Positions 24,041 through 32,808 of a DNA stretch of 36,481 nucleotides are shown here, one piece after another (the stretch's first letter is position 1; each line of letters begins with the position of its first letter). The notes beneath the pieces were generated by a model. It searched no databases and was not told where the DNA came from. It saw nothing but the letters and a program-made list of their open reading frames with translations. The position numbers and the translations under genes are program-made. Source of the DNA: a virus (taxonomy: Duplodnaviria > Caudoviricetes); IMG/VR virus record IMGVR_UViG_3300037424_000062, positions 1 to 36,481 of that record; one strand, written 5' to 3'.

Positions 24041-24308
24041 TGCATGTCCGAAGTACTGATAGAATTCTAGTCTTGGAGAAAGAAGACCCTAAAATGAGCG
24101 CAGGGATACTAGACCCGGCTGTTTTTGAAGGGAAGAACAATCTTCATCTTCGTCAAGATCTGGTTACAGGATTGTGGAATTTAAATACGAACGTGGAGCA
24201 GTCCCTCCGCCTCTTAGAAATCCCTGGACATCTCCTAAATTTGCTTTAGCTCACGCTGAGAGCTACTTTAAAACTAAGAAGATAAAGATTAAAGAAATTA
24301 AAGACTGA
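24040..24308 (+). CDS. Small conserved tail-region protein interrupted by a -1 frameshift at 24180-24186
   Basis: Frame 0 (MHVRSTDRILVL...GLWN) continues in the -1 frame as FKYERGAVPPPLRNPWTSPKFALAHAESYFKTKKIKIKEIKD*. That stop forms TGATG with the next gene. Confidence 0.7.
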
Positions 24309-26626
24309 TGGCTCAACTAGTTACCGCAACTGAAAACAAATTTACCAAAGGCTTAGTCACTGAGTATACTGGACTTAACTTTCCAGAGAATGCCATGACT
24401 GACGCTGACAACACTGAAGTTACTGTAATAGGGGATGTCGTACGTCGTTTAGGTCTTGACTTTGAGGTAAACTCAGTCAAGGAAACAATCAATATCGTCG
24501 ATAGAAGTGTTAATACTTATCGATGGAACAACGCTGGTGGAGATGGTTTAACTCAGTTATTGGCTGTTCAAGTTGGTAGCACTATTCAGTTTTATGATAT
24601 AGATGCAAGCACTTTAGAAACTCCCTTGTCTAATTTAAAATTATTTCAGACTGTTGACTTGACAGATTTTGAAATCGATGCTTTCGATAGAACAGTACAG
24701 TGTGAGTTCGCGGACGGCAATGGTTATCTCTTTGTATTTCATCCAAATATAGATCCTATTTACTGTTCTTTTATTCCAAATACAGGTGTCTTTGCTACAC
24801 CTATTTCTATTCAGATAAGAGATTTCGCAGGTATACCTGAGCCAAATGTTGGTGTTACCGATCGTCCAGTAACTCTTACAGCCTCTCATTCTTATAATCT
24901 TGCCAATCAAGGATGGACTACAGATGCAGCTTGGCGAGCTGTGACTACAATTGAATACCCTGCGCCAGCACTAGGTTCGAGAGTATATAATGTAGGAACA
25001 GTCACAGGAATAAATCTTGGAGATTCTGTAGCATTTTATTCACACGAAACATATTGGTATGAAGGTGGTCCTGTTTTGTATGGATCCGGTTACGCGCAAG
25101 GATCTGGAACTGTAACTGCTTATGCAGACCCTTTGCTTACTATTAATGTTCAAGGCACGAATGGTGTTGCTGGTACATTTATATTTACTATTGCAGAAAG
25201 CAACCTAGGATTTGTTGATGCTTGGAATACTTCACAAGGAAACTATCCGAGCAATGCTGACGTTTGGTGGTACTTCAAGAATGCTTCAGGTGTTTTTGAT
25301 CCTACTACACAAGTCAATACTTCACTATCAACAGGCAATGCTCCGCAAGGACATTTTATAGTTAATGCTTTTAATATTGACAGAGCTACTTCTGGAGGCG
25401 TTCCAGGACTGACTGCAGTAAGGACAACTAAACGTCCGCAAATCGGAGCTTGGTTTCAAGGACGCTTATGGTACTCTGGGGTAAGTGCTGCTCAAATACC
25501 CATAGCTGAAGAACCTTTTTATTCTTGGACTGAAAATATATATTTTTCACAAATAAATGTAGGTACTGCTTCTAACTTTGGAAATTGTTTTCAAACAAAT
25601 GATCCGACTAGTGAAAACTTAAACGATCTTCTACCTACAGATGGTGGCGTAATTCAAATCCAAAGTTGTGGAAGAATCTTTAAGCTCTTCCCGACTGTTA
25701 ATGGACTTCTTGTCTTTGCGGCTAACGGTGTTTGGTACATCACAGGTAGTCAGGGAATTGGTTTTGCTGCTAATGATTATACAATAACAAAAATCTCTGG
25801 TGTTCAGAGCATATCAAGTACGTCTTATGTGGATGTTCTAGGTTTGCCTTACTTCTGGACAGAGGAAGGTATTTATGCCGTAGAAACTGATCAGCAAGGA
25901 CGTCTTGCTGTAAACATTCTAACGCATGATACTATTGATAGTTTCTATGCAGAAATTCCCAAAGAAGCTAGAAAATACGCAAGAGGCAGCTATAATCATA
26001 TCGATTACGTAATACAATGGATATACAAAAGTTCTGACTCAACAGATGTTACAGATAAATATAAGTTCGATAGGGCTTTAAACTACAATACACATCTTAA
26101 GGCTTTCTATCCATATACTTTCGATACATCTCTCGGCTCTATACATTCTGTTAACTTTCTAACTGGACCGGGTGGAGCAAATACTCCTGATCCTACATTC
26201 AAATACTTCGCTTCCACAGGTACTGATACGGCTTTCGCAGACCTCCACGATAGTACTTATGCCGATTGGGCTTCTGCTGGTGGCGTTGACTTCGATGATA
26301 AATCCTACTTCATAACAGGGTACCGAGTACACGGTAAAGCTAATATGAAGTTTCAAGTGCCATACATCTTTGTCTACTCAAGAACAGATGATGTTGTCTC
26401 TTATAAGGTTCAAAGTATTTGGGACTATGCAATATCGTCTTCAGCTAACCGCTGGAGTTCTGCTCAACTAGTTTTGCACGGCAATCCTCACTATTCAGTC
26501 TTTCATAAGAAGATACCTCTCAGAGGACGTGGGTATGCTATGCAACTAAAATTTAAATCTGTCGTTGGTAAGGCTTTTGACTTCATTGGCTGGAGTACCT
26601 TCGAGTCAATAAATCAGGGTGTTTAA
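24308..26626 (+). CDS. Tail tubular protein B / nozzle
   Basis: 772 aa. Motifs FTKGLVTEYTGLNFPENA, WFQGRLWYSG, DLLPTDGGVIQI and LRGRGYAMQLKF; beta-propeller-like. Confidence 0.85.
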   Translation: MAQLVTATENKFTKGLVTEYTGLNFPENAMTDADNTEVTVIGDVVRRLGLDFEVNSVKETINIVDRSVNTYRWNNAGGDGLTQLLAVQVGSTIQFYDIDASTLETPLSNLKLFQTVDLTDFEIDAFDRTVQCEFADGNGYLFVFHPNIDPIYCSFIPNTGVFATPISIQIRDFAGIPEPNVGVTDRPVTLTASHSYNLANQGWTTDAAWRAVTTIEYPAPALGSRVYNVGTVTGINLGDSVAFYSHETYWYEGGPVLYGSGYAQGSGTVTAYADPLLTINVQGTNGVAGTFIFTIAESNLGFVDAWNTSQGNYPSNADVWWYFKNASGVFDPTTQVNTSLSTGNAPQGHFIVNAFNIDRATSGGVPGLTAVRTTKRPQIGAWFQGRLWYSGVSAAQIPIAEEPFYSWTENIYFSQINVGTASNFGNCFQTNDPTSENLNDLLPTDGGVIQIQSCGRIFKLFPTVNGLLVFAANGVWYITGSQGIGFAANDYTITKISGVQSISSTSYVDVLGLPYFWTEEGIYAVETDQQGRLAVNILTHDTIDSFYAEIPKEARKYARGSYNHIDYVIQWIYKSSDSTDVTDKYKFDRALNYNTHLKAFYPYTFDTSLGSIHSVNFLTGPGGANTPDPTFKYFASTGTDTAFADLHDSTYADWASAGGVDFDDKSYFITGYRVHGKANMKFQVPYIFVYSRTDDVVSYKVQSIWDYAISSSANRWSSAQLVLHGNPHYSVFHKKIPLRGRGYAMQLKFKSVVGKAFDFIGWSTFESINQGV

Positions 26627-27202
26627 TTGGATCCTTTAACATTAGGCATAGGCGCCATAGGCCTAGGAATGAAACTCTTCGGGCAGTTCTCTGCCTCGGA
26701 TGATGCTGAGAAACTCTCCGCACTTGAAAAACAACAGGCAGGTTTAGAACAAGGTATTAACGAGCAGAAGAGACAACAGATGTTGTTAAACTCTCGTCGT
26801 AGCACTCTCGAGATTTTTCGTAATACTCAACGTATGCGGGCTCAATCCATCCAGGCAGGTGTAAGTCAAGGTGCGCAGTTTGGCAGTGGTCTTCAAGGAG
26901 GTTTGGCACAGATCTATAATCAAGGCCTGTACAATGCTCAAGGTGTTAGTCAGAACCTCGAAATTGGTCGAAACATCTTCGGTCTTAATGATCAGATCTC
27001 TGGTGTCAAGATGCAAATGTCTGATGTAAAATCTGACCTCGCTACAGATCAGGGTTGGGCAAGTCTTGGTGGTTCTATCCTCTCGGGTGCTGGCACAATC
27101 GGAAGTGTAGGAACATCCCTATTCGGAGGTTCTAGTGGTGGTGGCTTCGGATTAGGAAGCCTCTTTATGGGCGGTGGTTCTCCGTCTGGATACGGTAAGT
27201 AA
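26627..27202 (+). CDS. Internal virion (ejection) protein, small
   Basis: TTG start. Hydrophobic N-terminus MDPLTLGIGAIGLG, Gln/Gly-rich body, positioned after the nozzle gene. Confidence 0.75.
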   Translation: MDPLTLGIGAIGLGMKLFGQFSASDDAEKLSALEKQQAGLEQGINEQKRQQMLLNSRRSTLEIFRNTQRMRAQSIQAGVSQGAQFGSGLQGGLAQIYNQGLYNAQGVSQNLEIGRNIFGLNDQISGVKMQMSDVKSDLATDQGWASLGGSILSGAGTIGSVGTSLFGGSSGGGFGLGSLFMGGGSPSGYGK

Positions 27203-30200
27203 TGGAACAGCTCCAAGAAATCATAGTTAATCCTGAAGATGAAGTCTCTATTGCGCCCGAACAGGCTGCGAATGAGGTTTCTATCGGTGCGCCTGTCCCT
27301 CAGGTAAACCTTCCTGAAGAGATCATCAACTCCCGTGCTAAAAAGATAAGCACTGCTGTCGGAAGTCGTCTTATGAAGACAACCGATGAGATTAGACAAG
27401 AAATACAAGAAGGTCGGGAGAAAGCTCTCCGTGAAGCAGCGGCTACTGACTACAACGCCAAACTACATCAAGATCGTTTTACTGAACTTGTTGACCTAGC
27501 CAATAAGAAGGGTGCGCCTCTGGACGAAATGGAAACCATGAAGATCATGGATCCTTTCAATCCTAAGAATAGGGAAACTCGTCCTGACTCGGTCATCGAG
27601 AAGGAGTTTGCACAGAAGTATGTCTCCAATCTGACTGATGCTATCGCAGCCTTTAAGAGCAATCCTAATCCAGTCAAAGAAGCAGTCAAAGAAAATCCTG
27701 CTGAGACAGAGAATGCTTTCCTAAAGGGATCGTCTCTGACTTTCAAGATGGAGTTTGCTAACAAGCTTGTCGAAGACGGCTACTCCCGTATGAATGAGCA
27801 GTCAGTCATCGGTATGGGTGCTGACGTCGTCAAGAATATCTTTCAGCCTTACGTTGAAGCTAAGATGCGAGGTCTGGGCGATACTAGCTCTGTTTCTACA
27901 ATAGGTCTGGGTGGACATCTTGAAGATACAGCTAATGCTATCTTCCAACTGCCTGATGAAGACTTTGCTAAAGAAAGCCGTCGTATCTTCGAAGGACTTG
28001 CTCAGGACAATCCTCAACTAGCTTTGAAGTTTGCTGAATATCTAAAAGGTATTCCTGCTTCTGAACGAATACTTGAGAGTGCCTTTACGTACCTGATGCC
28101 GTTTGATTACGCAGCTATTGGTAAAGGTATCGCAAACATTGGTAGAGCAATCTCAATCAATCGTCGTGCTAACACAGCTGTACGTCAGCTTGTAGAGAAA
28201 GCGGACAAGATTAGCGGAGACCCGGCAGCTACAGCAGAAGCTACAGGTGACCTCTCTAAGGCCGCTGAGACCCGTTCTACGATGGCTATTCAGAAAGATC
28301 TGGCTGGTAAACCTGATCCAATTCAGGCAGCAACAGACGACAGTCTTTTGACTTTCTTCAACCAAGATCCCCAGAAGTTTCAAGCCGAGAAAGGCAACCT
28401 CAGCACTGAACAGGTTCGTCGCATAGCTGATGAATACACAGGTGCTGGTAAAGGTCTTCTGCAAAGATTGACTGATGCTGTACGCATTAACCGTATTCCA
28501 ATGCCTCTTGCTGTTGAGAACGCTGTTCGTGTTCTTAAGAATGCAGCTAAGGATTACTATCCTGCTATAAGGAACTCTATTCTTGATGTTTCAGATCCGA
28601 TCTTCGAACCTAGGTCCAATACCTTCTGGCATAGGATTACGTTTGGCAACTTCGATGGTAGTCTCTTCTCTAACGAGAAAACAGCCCAGAACTTCGCCAA
28701 GCTCCACGGTCTTAACGCCCGTATCGTCGAAGACACCGGTTCTGTAACTACAAAAGCAGCTGAAGAACTCTTCCAGAAAAGATCACGTCTTCAGAACGAT
28801 CTTCTAACTGTGGATGACAACGTCGCTCGTAATAAAGCTCGAGCTCTCGATGAAACACTTCCTGAAGCTGAGCGTATTAAAGCTAATGAACAGGCTGAGC
28901 TGTTCACGAAGTTTAAGCGTGAAGCAGGAAAAGAACTTGAAGGAATTGAACTTGGACTTAGAGGTGAACATGTCAGAGGACGCGTCGAAGCTCTCAGAAA
29001 TGAAGCAGACCTCCTTAAAGCTGCTAACAAAGAAACACGAAAACGACTTCTTAAAGATACTCTTACGGGAGAAGAACGAGAAGCTCTCAAAGGAAGCATT
29101 AAAGCTAACGCAGAGCGAATTCGAGCAAACCTTGAAGAGTCTGCAGCGATCAAGTCAGGTAAAGCCGATGTAATCGGTGGTACTCCTGAAAAGATCCAAC
29201 AACATGGCGTAGGTTTCAAGCTCGTCATAGAACGTCCGCTGACCGAGACTGACAAAGTCGTTCGTGATCTTATGATCAGGGACGTCGATGGCAAGCTTTA
29301 CCCTGAAGCTATTTCTTCAGCTTCCCGTCCAGGTCTTTCCCAACTTATGAATGCCGCGTTAGGTAAAATCCGTGGCGCAGATGACACACTGGCATTAAAT
29401 GAAAGCATCCAACGTAAAATCGGGACTTATACGCAATCCCTCTTCAAAGAGTGGGCGTCGCAAGAAGCCGCGTACATCCGCCAAATCGCGTCAGGCGTAC
29501 TAAAGACTGATCCCGTAACTGGACAACCTCTTCCATATTGGAAGGCTAAACCTCAGGCTATCTATGATAAACTTACCGGTACTACCAAAGAGCGTTACGA
29601 TGCGTTCACTAGAACGCTCGACCACGCCAGAGATGCGAAGGACCCTGATGGCAAACCTGGGTACTTCTTCCAAACTCCAGGTGAATTGAATGATCATTAT
29701 CTCCGATTTTTTGGACGATCTCCATCCTTTGCGGAACATGAGGCTTACTTTGCTTTCGTTCGTATGGTCGAGGGTGATCGTGTCCTACGTGAGATCGCTG
29801 AATTCAGAAACCGAGCAAGACTGGGAGTGGAGCAATTTCAACTAACAGCTCGCGCTGGGAGGGACGCAGCTCAGAGTGGTTTCTTTGATGGACGCATATT
29901 AAAGAAGTTTCCAGGTGGTGATGACGTAATGTTAATTATGTCGCGTCGACTGGGAGATGAAAAGATAGTCAATCTTGGTGGTGGAGCGATCTCCCCACAG
30001 AAGCTTGAGCTATATCGTGATCTTGTTAAACAAGGCAGATTAAAGGTAATTGAAGTCTATGCACCAGAACAACATCCTCTCAGGAAGTTCTCAGACATTG
30101 CTGGGAACGAACATGTGCGCTACGTTCTTACTGACGCAGCTGAAACGAAGCCGATTGAGTTCAACCACGTCCAGCGAAGAGGTGGTGGTCACTTTGAATA

Positions 30201-32808
30201 CGATTATGACCACTATATAAAACAAGCGAAGTACTACCATCAGTATGAAAATCTTCAAGGAGTACGCTCTCGCTTCAAAAGTGTTTATACAGGCGATACT
30301 ACTTTTATGCCTGTTCTCAACCGTATTATGGGTCGAGATATTATTGGCAAGGTTTCTGAAGTTCAGCGCCTCATTAAAGAAGGCAATCTGACTGCAGCTG
30401 AAGCCTATACGAAACAGCATCTTCCTATTGAATGGGATGAGCTGCATGGTATGTTTAAGCCTGGAAGAGATGCTGACGGTAAAACAATCCCTCCTCAGCT
30501 AGATCTTAATGAACCGTTCCATCTGGTTCCTAATGGCATGACTGTCCGTGATGTTGATCATCAGGGTATGATTGCTAAGTACGGGGATAGTTGGAAGGAT
30601 GCTGAGCGTTCAGGCAGTCTGAATAGACAATTCCAAGTCCAGTACAATACTGAGCGTGAAAGCTTTGGTCTGAAGCATCTTGAAGATGTCGGATCAGAAG
30701 GCAATCCTCTCTATAAGTATTCACCTACCACAAAGATGGTTGATCCTATTACGACTATGAACAAGTCTCTTAACAGGATTGTCAATACTGTCTTTATGGA
30801 TGACTACAAGATATTCGCTGTCGAACATTGGCTACGTGAGGCAGAGCCTTATTTAGAACCAGTTCGCTCAGCTCTTGCACGTTCTTCGCCTAATTGGGTG
30901 TTTACTTCTTCAAATGACAAGTCAGCTTTCCTAGCTGGTGCTCCGCGTGAGGTAGTTAACAACCTTCTAAACAACCGGTATAAGGTTTACCAGTTTACTG
31001 GTGTGCCTAACAGGATTGACACAGCCGTACATACAGCTAAGCAATGGTTGGTCGATACTACGTATAGACATTACGGCCCGACAGACAACCGGAGCATTCT
31101 TGGTAAAGCTGTCGAAGTCGTTCCTAACTGGATGCTTGATCGTGTTCGTGACCCAGTGACATTCCTTCGGAGCATGACATTTCATGAGAAACTTGGACTA
31201 TTCAATCCTGCGCAGCTACTTGTCCAAATGCAGACGTTCTCTACTATATTTGCTATATCGCCTAAGCATGGCACGGCTGGCACGTCTGGTGCTCTCCTGT
31301 ACACCTGGTCGCGGCTTAACCGCAATGCCGGTATGCTTGAAGCGATGGATACGGCTGCAACAAAACTGGCACTACCGGGTCAGGCGAAGTGGCGTCCCGG
31401 GGAGTTCATGGAAGCGACGAGAGCTCTCGAAGCTACAGGTTTTGATAGAGTCGCTGGAGAATACGCCAACCTTAATACAGCCCTCAAGACGGACTTCATT
31501 GGAAATGATTTCAAATCCTTTCTTAATGCGGGAACATTCTTCTTTAAAGAGGGCGAGCGATCAGCTCGTGTGGGTGCTTTCTACACTGCCTACAAGGAGT
31601 TTAGAGGCGTCCGGCGAACAGGCGCCCTAACTCGTGACGACATAGGTCGTATCCTGCAACGTGCTGATCTTCTGACAGTCAACATGTCCAGAGCATCTAA
31701 CAGCGCTCTCAACTCAGGCTTCCTGTCACTAACTACACAGTTTTTGACATACCAGATGCGTCTAGCCGAACTCTTTATGGGTAAACGTCTGGGTGAAACT
31801 CTATACGAAAGGAACATGGCGCGTGCGCGACTACTCACATTCTACTCGGCACTCTATGGGGCCCCTTCAGCAATTGGTCTCACCGGACTACCGATGGCCG
31901 ACAGCATCCGTAAGGAAGCTATCCAGCGTGGGTATAAAGTAGGAGATAATTGGCTCAGCACAGCGGTAGACCAAGGTTTACCTGCAGTAGCTGCAGCTTA
32001 TCTTTCTGGTGGGCTCGACTTCCGTAAAGGTAACAACTACAACATCGGTGGAAGGTTTGGTTCTCCAGGCTTCACACAATTCAATGATGCTTTGAAGTCA
32101 GATCATGCTTGGTGGCAGCTACTCGCTGGTGCGTCAGGTACGGCTCTGCTTAGTACACTCACAAGCTCTAATAACTTCTTCCATGCTATGGCTAGTCAGA
32201 TGTTCAGACCGAATGGTGAGAAGCCCTTCCCTCTGAAACTCGATGACTTCATTGATGTCTTTAAGGAAATTTCCTCTGTCAACCAGACTTGGAAGATGAT
32301 TACAGCTATCAATACAGGAAAGTGGATGTCAAAGAATGAGGGTTACGTTGGAGATGTCTCTAAGGCTAATGCAGCCTTTATGGCAATTACTGGTCTCTCG
32401 CCACAACAGCAAGAAGATGCTTTCATTAAGAACGATCTTCGCAAGCAAGAAGCGGACTACCAAAAGTACGTAATGCGCGAAGCTATCAAGGAAATTCGTA
32501 GAGGCTATCAAGACCAAAAGGATAACAACTGGGAAAGCGCTTCCAAGCATTTCAAACGTGCTGATACTCTCATGGAAGTCTCTGGCTTTCCTGCACGTCG
32601 TAAAGCTGACGTAATGTCTATGGCTACTAAAGGCTATGAGACTACTATTGATGCTGGTGACTATCAGTTCACATTCAAAAATACTCCAAAATCGAGAAGT
32701 GACTTTATGGGTATCCCTCTTCCGTTTACAACTCAATCCAATATTCCTGCAACCCGTCGTGAACAATTCCGGGAACAGCAGAGACTAAATACTTATAAAG
32801 GACAATAA
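27202..32808 (+). CDS. Large internal virion (ejection) protein
   Basis: 1868 aa helical protein in the podovirus ejectosome position, with TAATG coupling on both sides. Confidence 0.8.
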   Translation: MEQLQEIIVNPEDEVSIAPEQAANEVSIGAPVPQVNLPEEIINSRAKKISTAVGSRLMKTTDEIRQEIQEGREKALREAAATDYNAKLHQDRFTELVDLANKKGAPLDEMETMKIMDPFNPKNRETRPDSVIEKEFAQKYVSNLTDAIAAFKSNPNPVKEAVKENPAETENAFLKGSSLTFKMEFANKLVEDGYSRMNEQSVIGMGADVVKNIFQPYVEAKMRGLGDTSSVSTIGLGGHLEDTANAIFQLPDEDFAKESRRIFEGLAQDNPQLALKFAEYLKGIPASERILESAFTYLMPFDYAAIGKGIANIGRAISINRRANTAVRQLVEKADKISGDPAATAEATGDLSKAAETRSTMAIQKDLAGKPDPIQAATDDSLLTFFNQDPQKFQAEKGNLSTEQVRRIADEYTGAGKGLLQRLTDAVRINRIPMPLAVENAVRVLKNAAKDYYPAIRNSILDVSDPIFEPRSNTFWHRITFGNFDGSLFSNEKTAQNFAKLHGLNARIVEDTGSVTTKAAEELFQKRSRLQNDLLTVDDNVARNKARALDETLPEAERIKANEQAELFTKFKREAGKELEGIELGLRGEHVRGRVEALRNEADLLKAANKETRKRLLKDTLTGEEREALKGSIKANAERIRANLEESAAIKSGKADVIGGTPEKIQQHGVGFKLVIERPLTETDKVVRDLMIRDVDGKLYPEAISSASRPGLSQLMNAALGKIRGADDTLALNESIQRKIGTYTQSLFKEWASQEAAYIRQIASGVLKTDPVTGQPLPYWKAKPQAIYDKLTGTTKERYDAFTRTLDHARDAKDPDGKPGYFFQTPGELNDHYLRFFGRSPSFAEHEAYFAFVRMVEGDRVLREIAEFRNRARLGVEQFQLTARAGRDAAQSGFFDGRILKKFPGGDDVMLIMSRRLGDEKIVNLGGGAISPQKLELYRDLVKQGRLKVIEVYAPEQHPLRKFSDIAGNEHVRYVLTDAAETKPIEFNHVQRRGGGHFEYDYDHYIKQAKYYHQYENLQGVRSRFKSVYTGDTTFMPVLNRIMGRDIIGKVSEVQRLIKEGNLTAAEAYTKQHLPIEWDELHGMFKPGRDADGKTIPPQLDLNEPFHLVPNGMTVRDVDHQGMIAKYGDSWKDAERSGSLNRQFQVQYNTERESFGLKHLEDVGSEGNPLYKYSPTTKMVDPITTMNKSLNRIVNTVFMDDYKIFAVEHWLREAEPYLEPVRSALARSSPNWVFTSSNDKSAFLAGAPREVVNNLLNNRYKVYQFTGVPNRIDTAVHTAKQWLVDTTYRHYGPTDNRSILGKAVEVVPNWMLDRVRDPVTFLRSMTFHEKLGLFNPAQLLVQMQTFSTIFAISPKHGTAGTSGALLYTWSRLNRNAGMLEAMDTAATKLALPGQAKWRPGEFMEATRALEATGFDRVAGEYANLNTALKTDFIGNDFKSFLNAGTFFFKEGERSARVGAFYTAYKEFRGVRRTGALTRDDIGRILQRADLLTVNMSRASNSALNSGFLSLTTQFLTYQMRLAELFMGKRLGETLYERNMARARLLTFYSALYGAPSAIGLTGLPMADSIRKEAIQRGYKVGDNWLSTAVDQGLPAVAAAYLSGGLDFRKGNNYNIGGRFGSPGFTQFNDALKSDHAWWQLLAGASGTALLSTLTSSNNFFHAMASQMFRPNGEKPFPLKLDDFIDVFKEISSVNQTWKMITAINTGKWMSKNEGYVGDVSKANAAFMAITGLSPQQQEDAFIKNDLRKQEADYQKYVMREAIKEIRRGYQDQKDNNWESASKHFKRADTLMEVSGFPARRKADVMSMATKGYETTIDAGDYQFTFKNTPKSRSDFMGIPLPFTTQSNIPATRREQFREQQRLNTYKGQ

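Noticed and set aside
27202-32808. Virion RNA polymerase (N4-like) or lytic transglycosylase domain in the 1868-aa protein
   Set aside because: It is too short for an N4 virion RNA polymerase and I recognised no polymerase or SLT catalytic motifs. An HHpred search would be needed to exclude remote domains.
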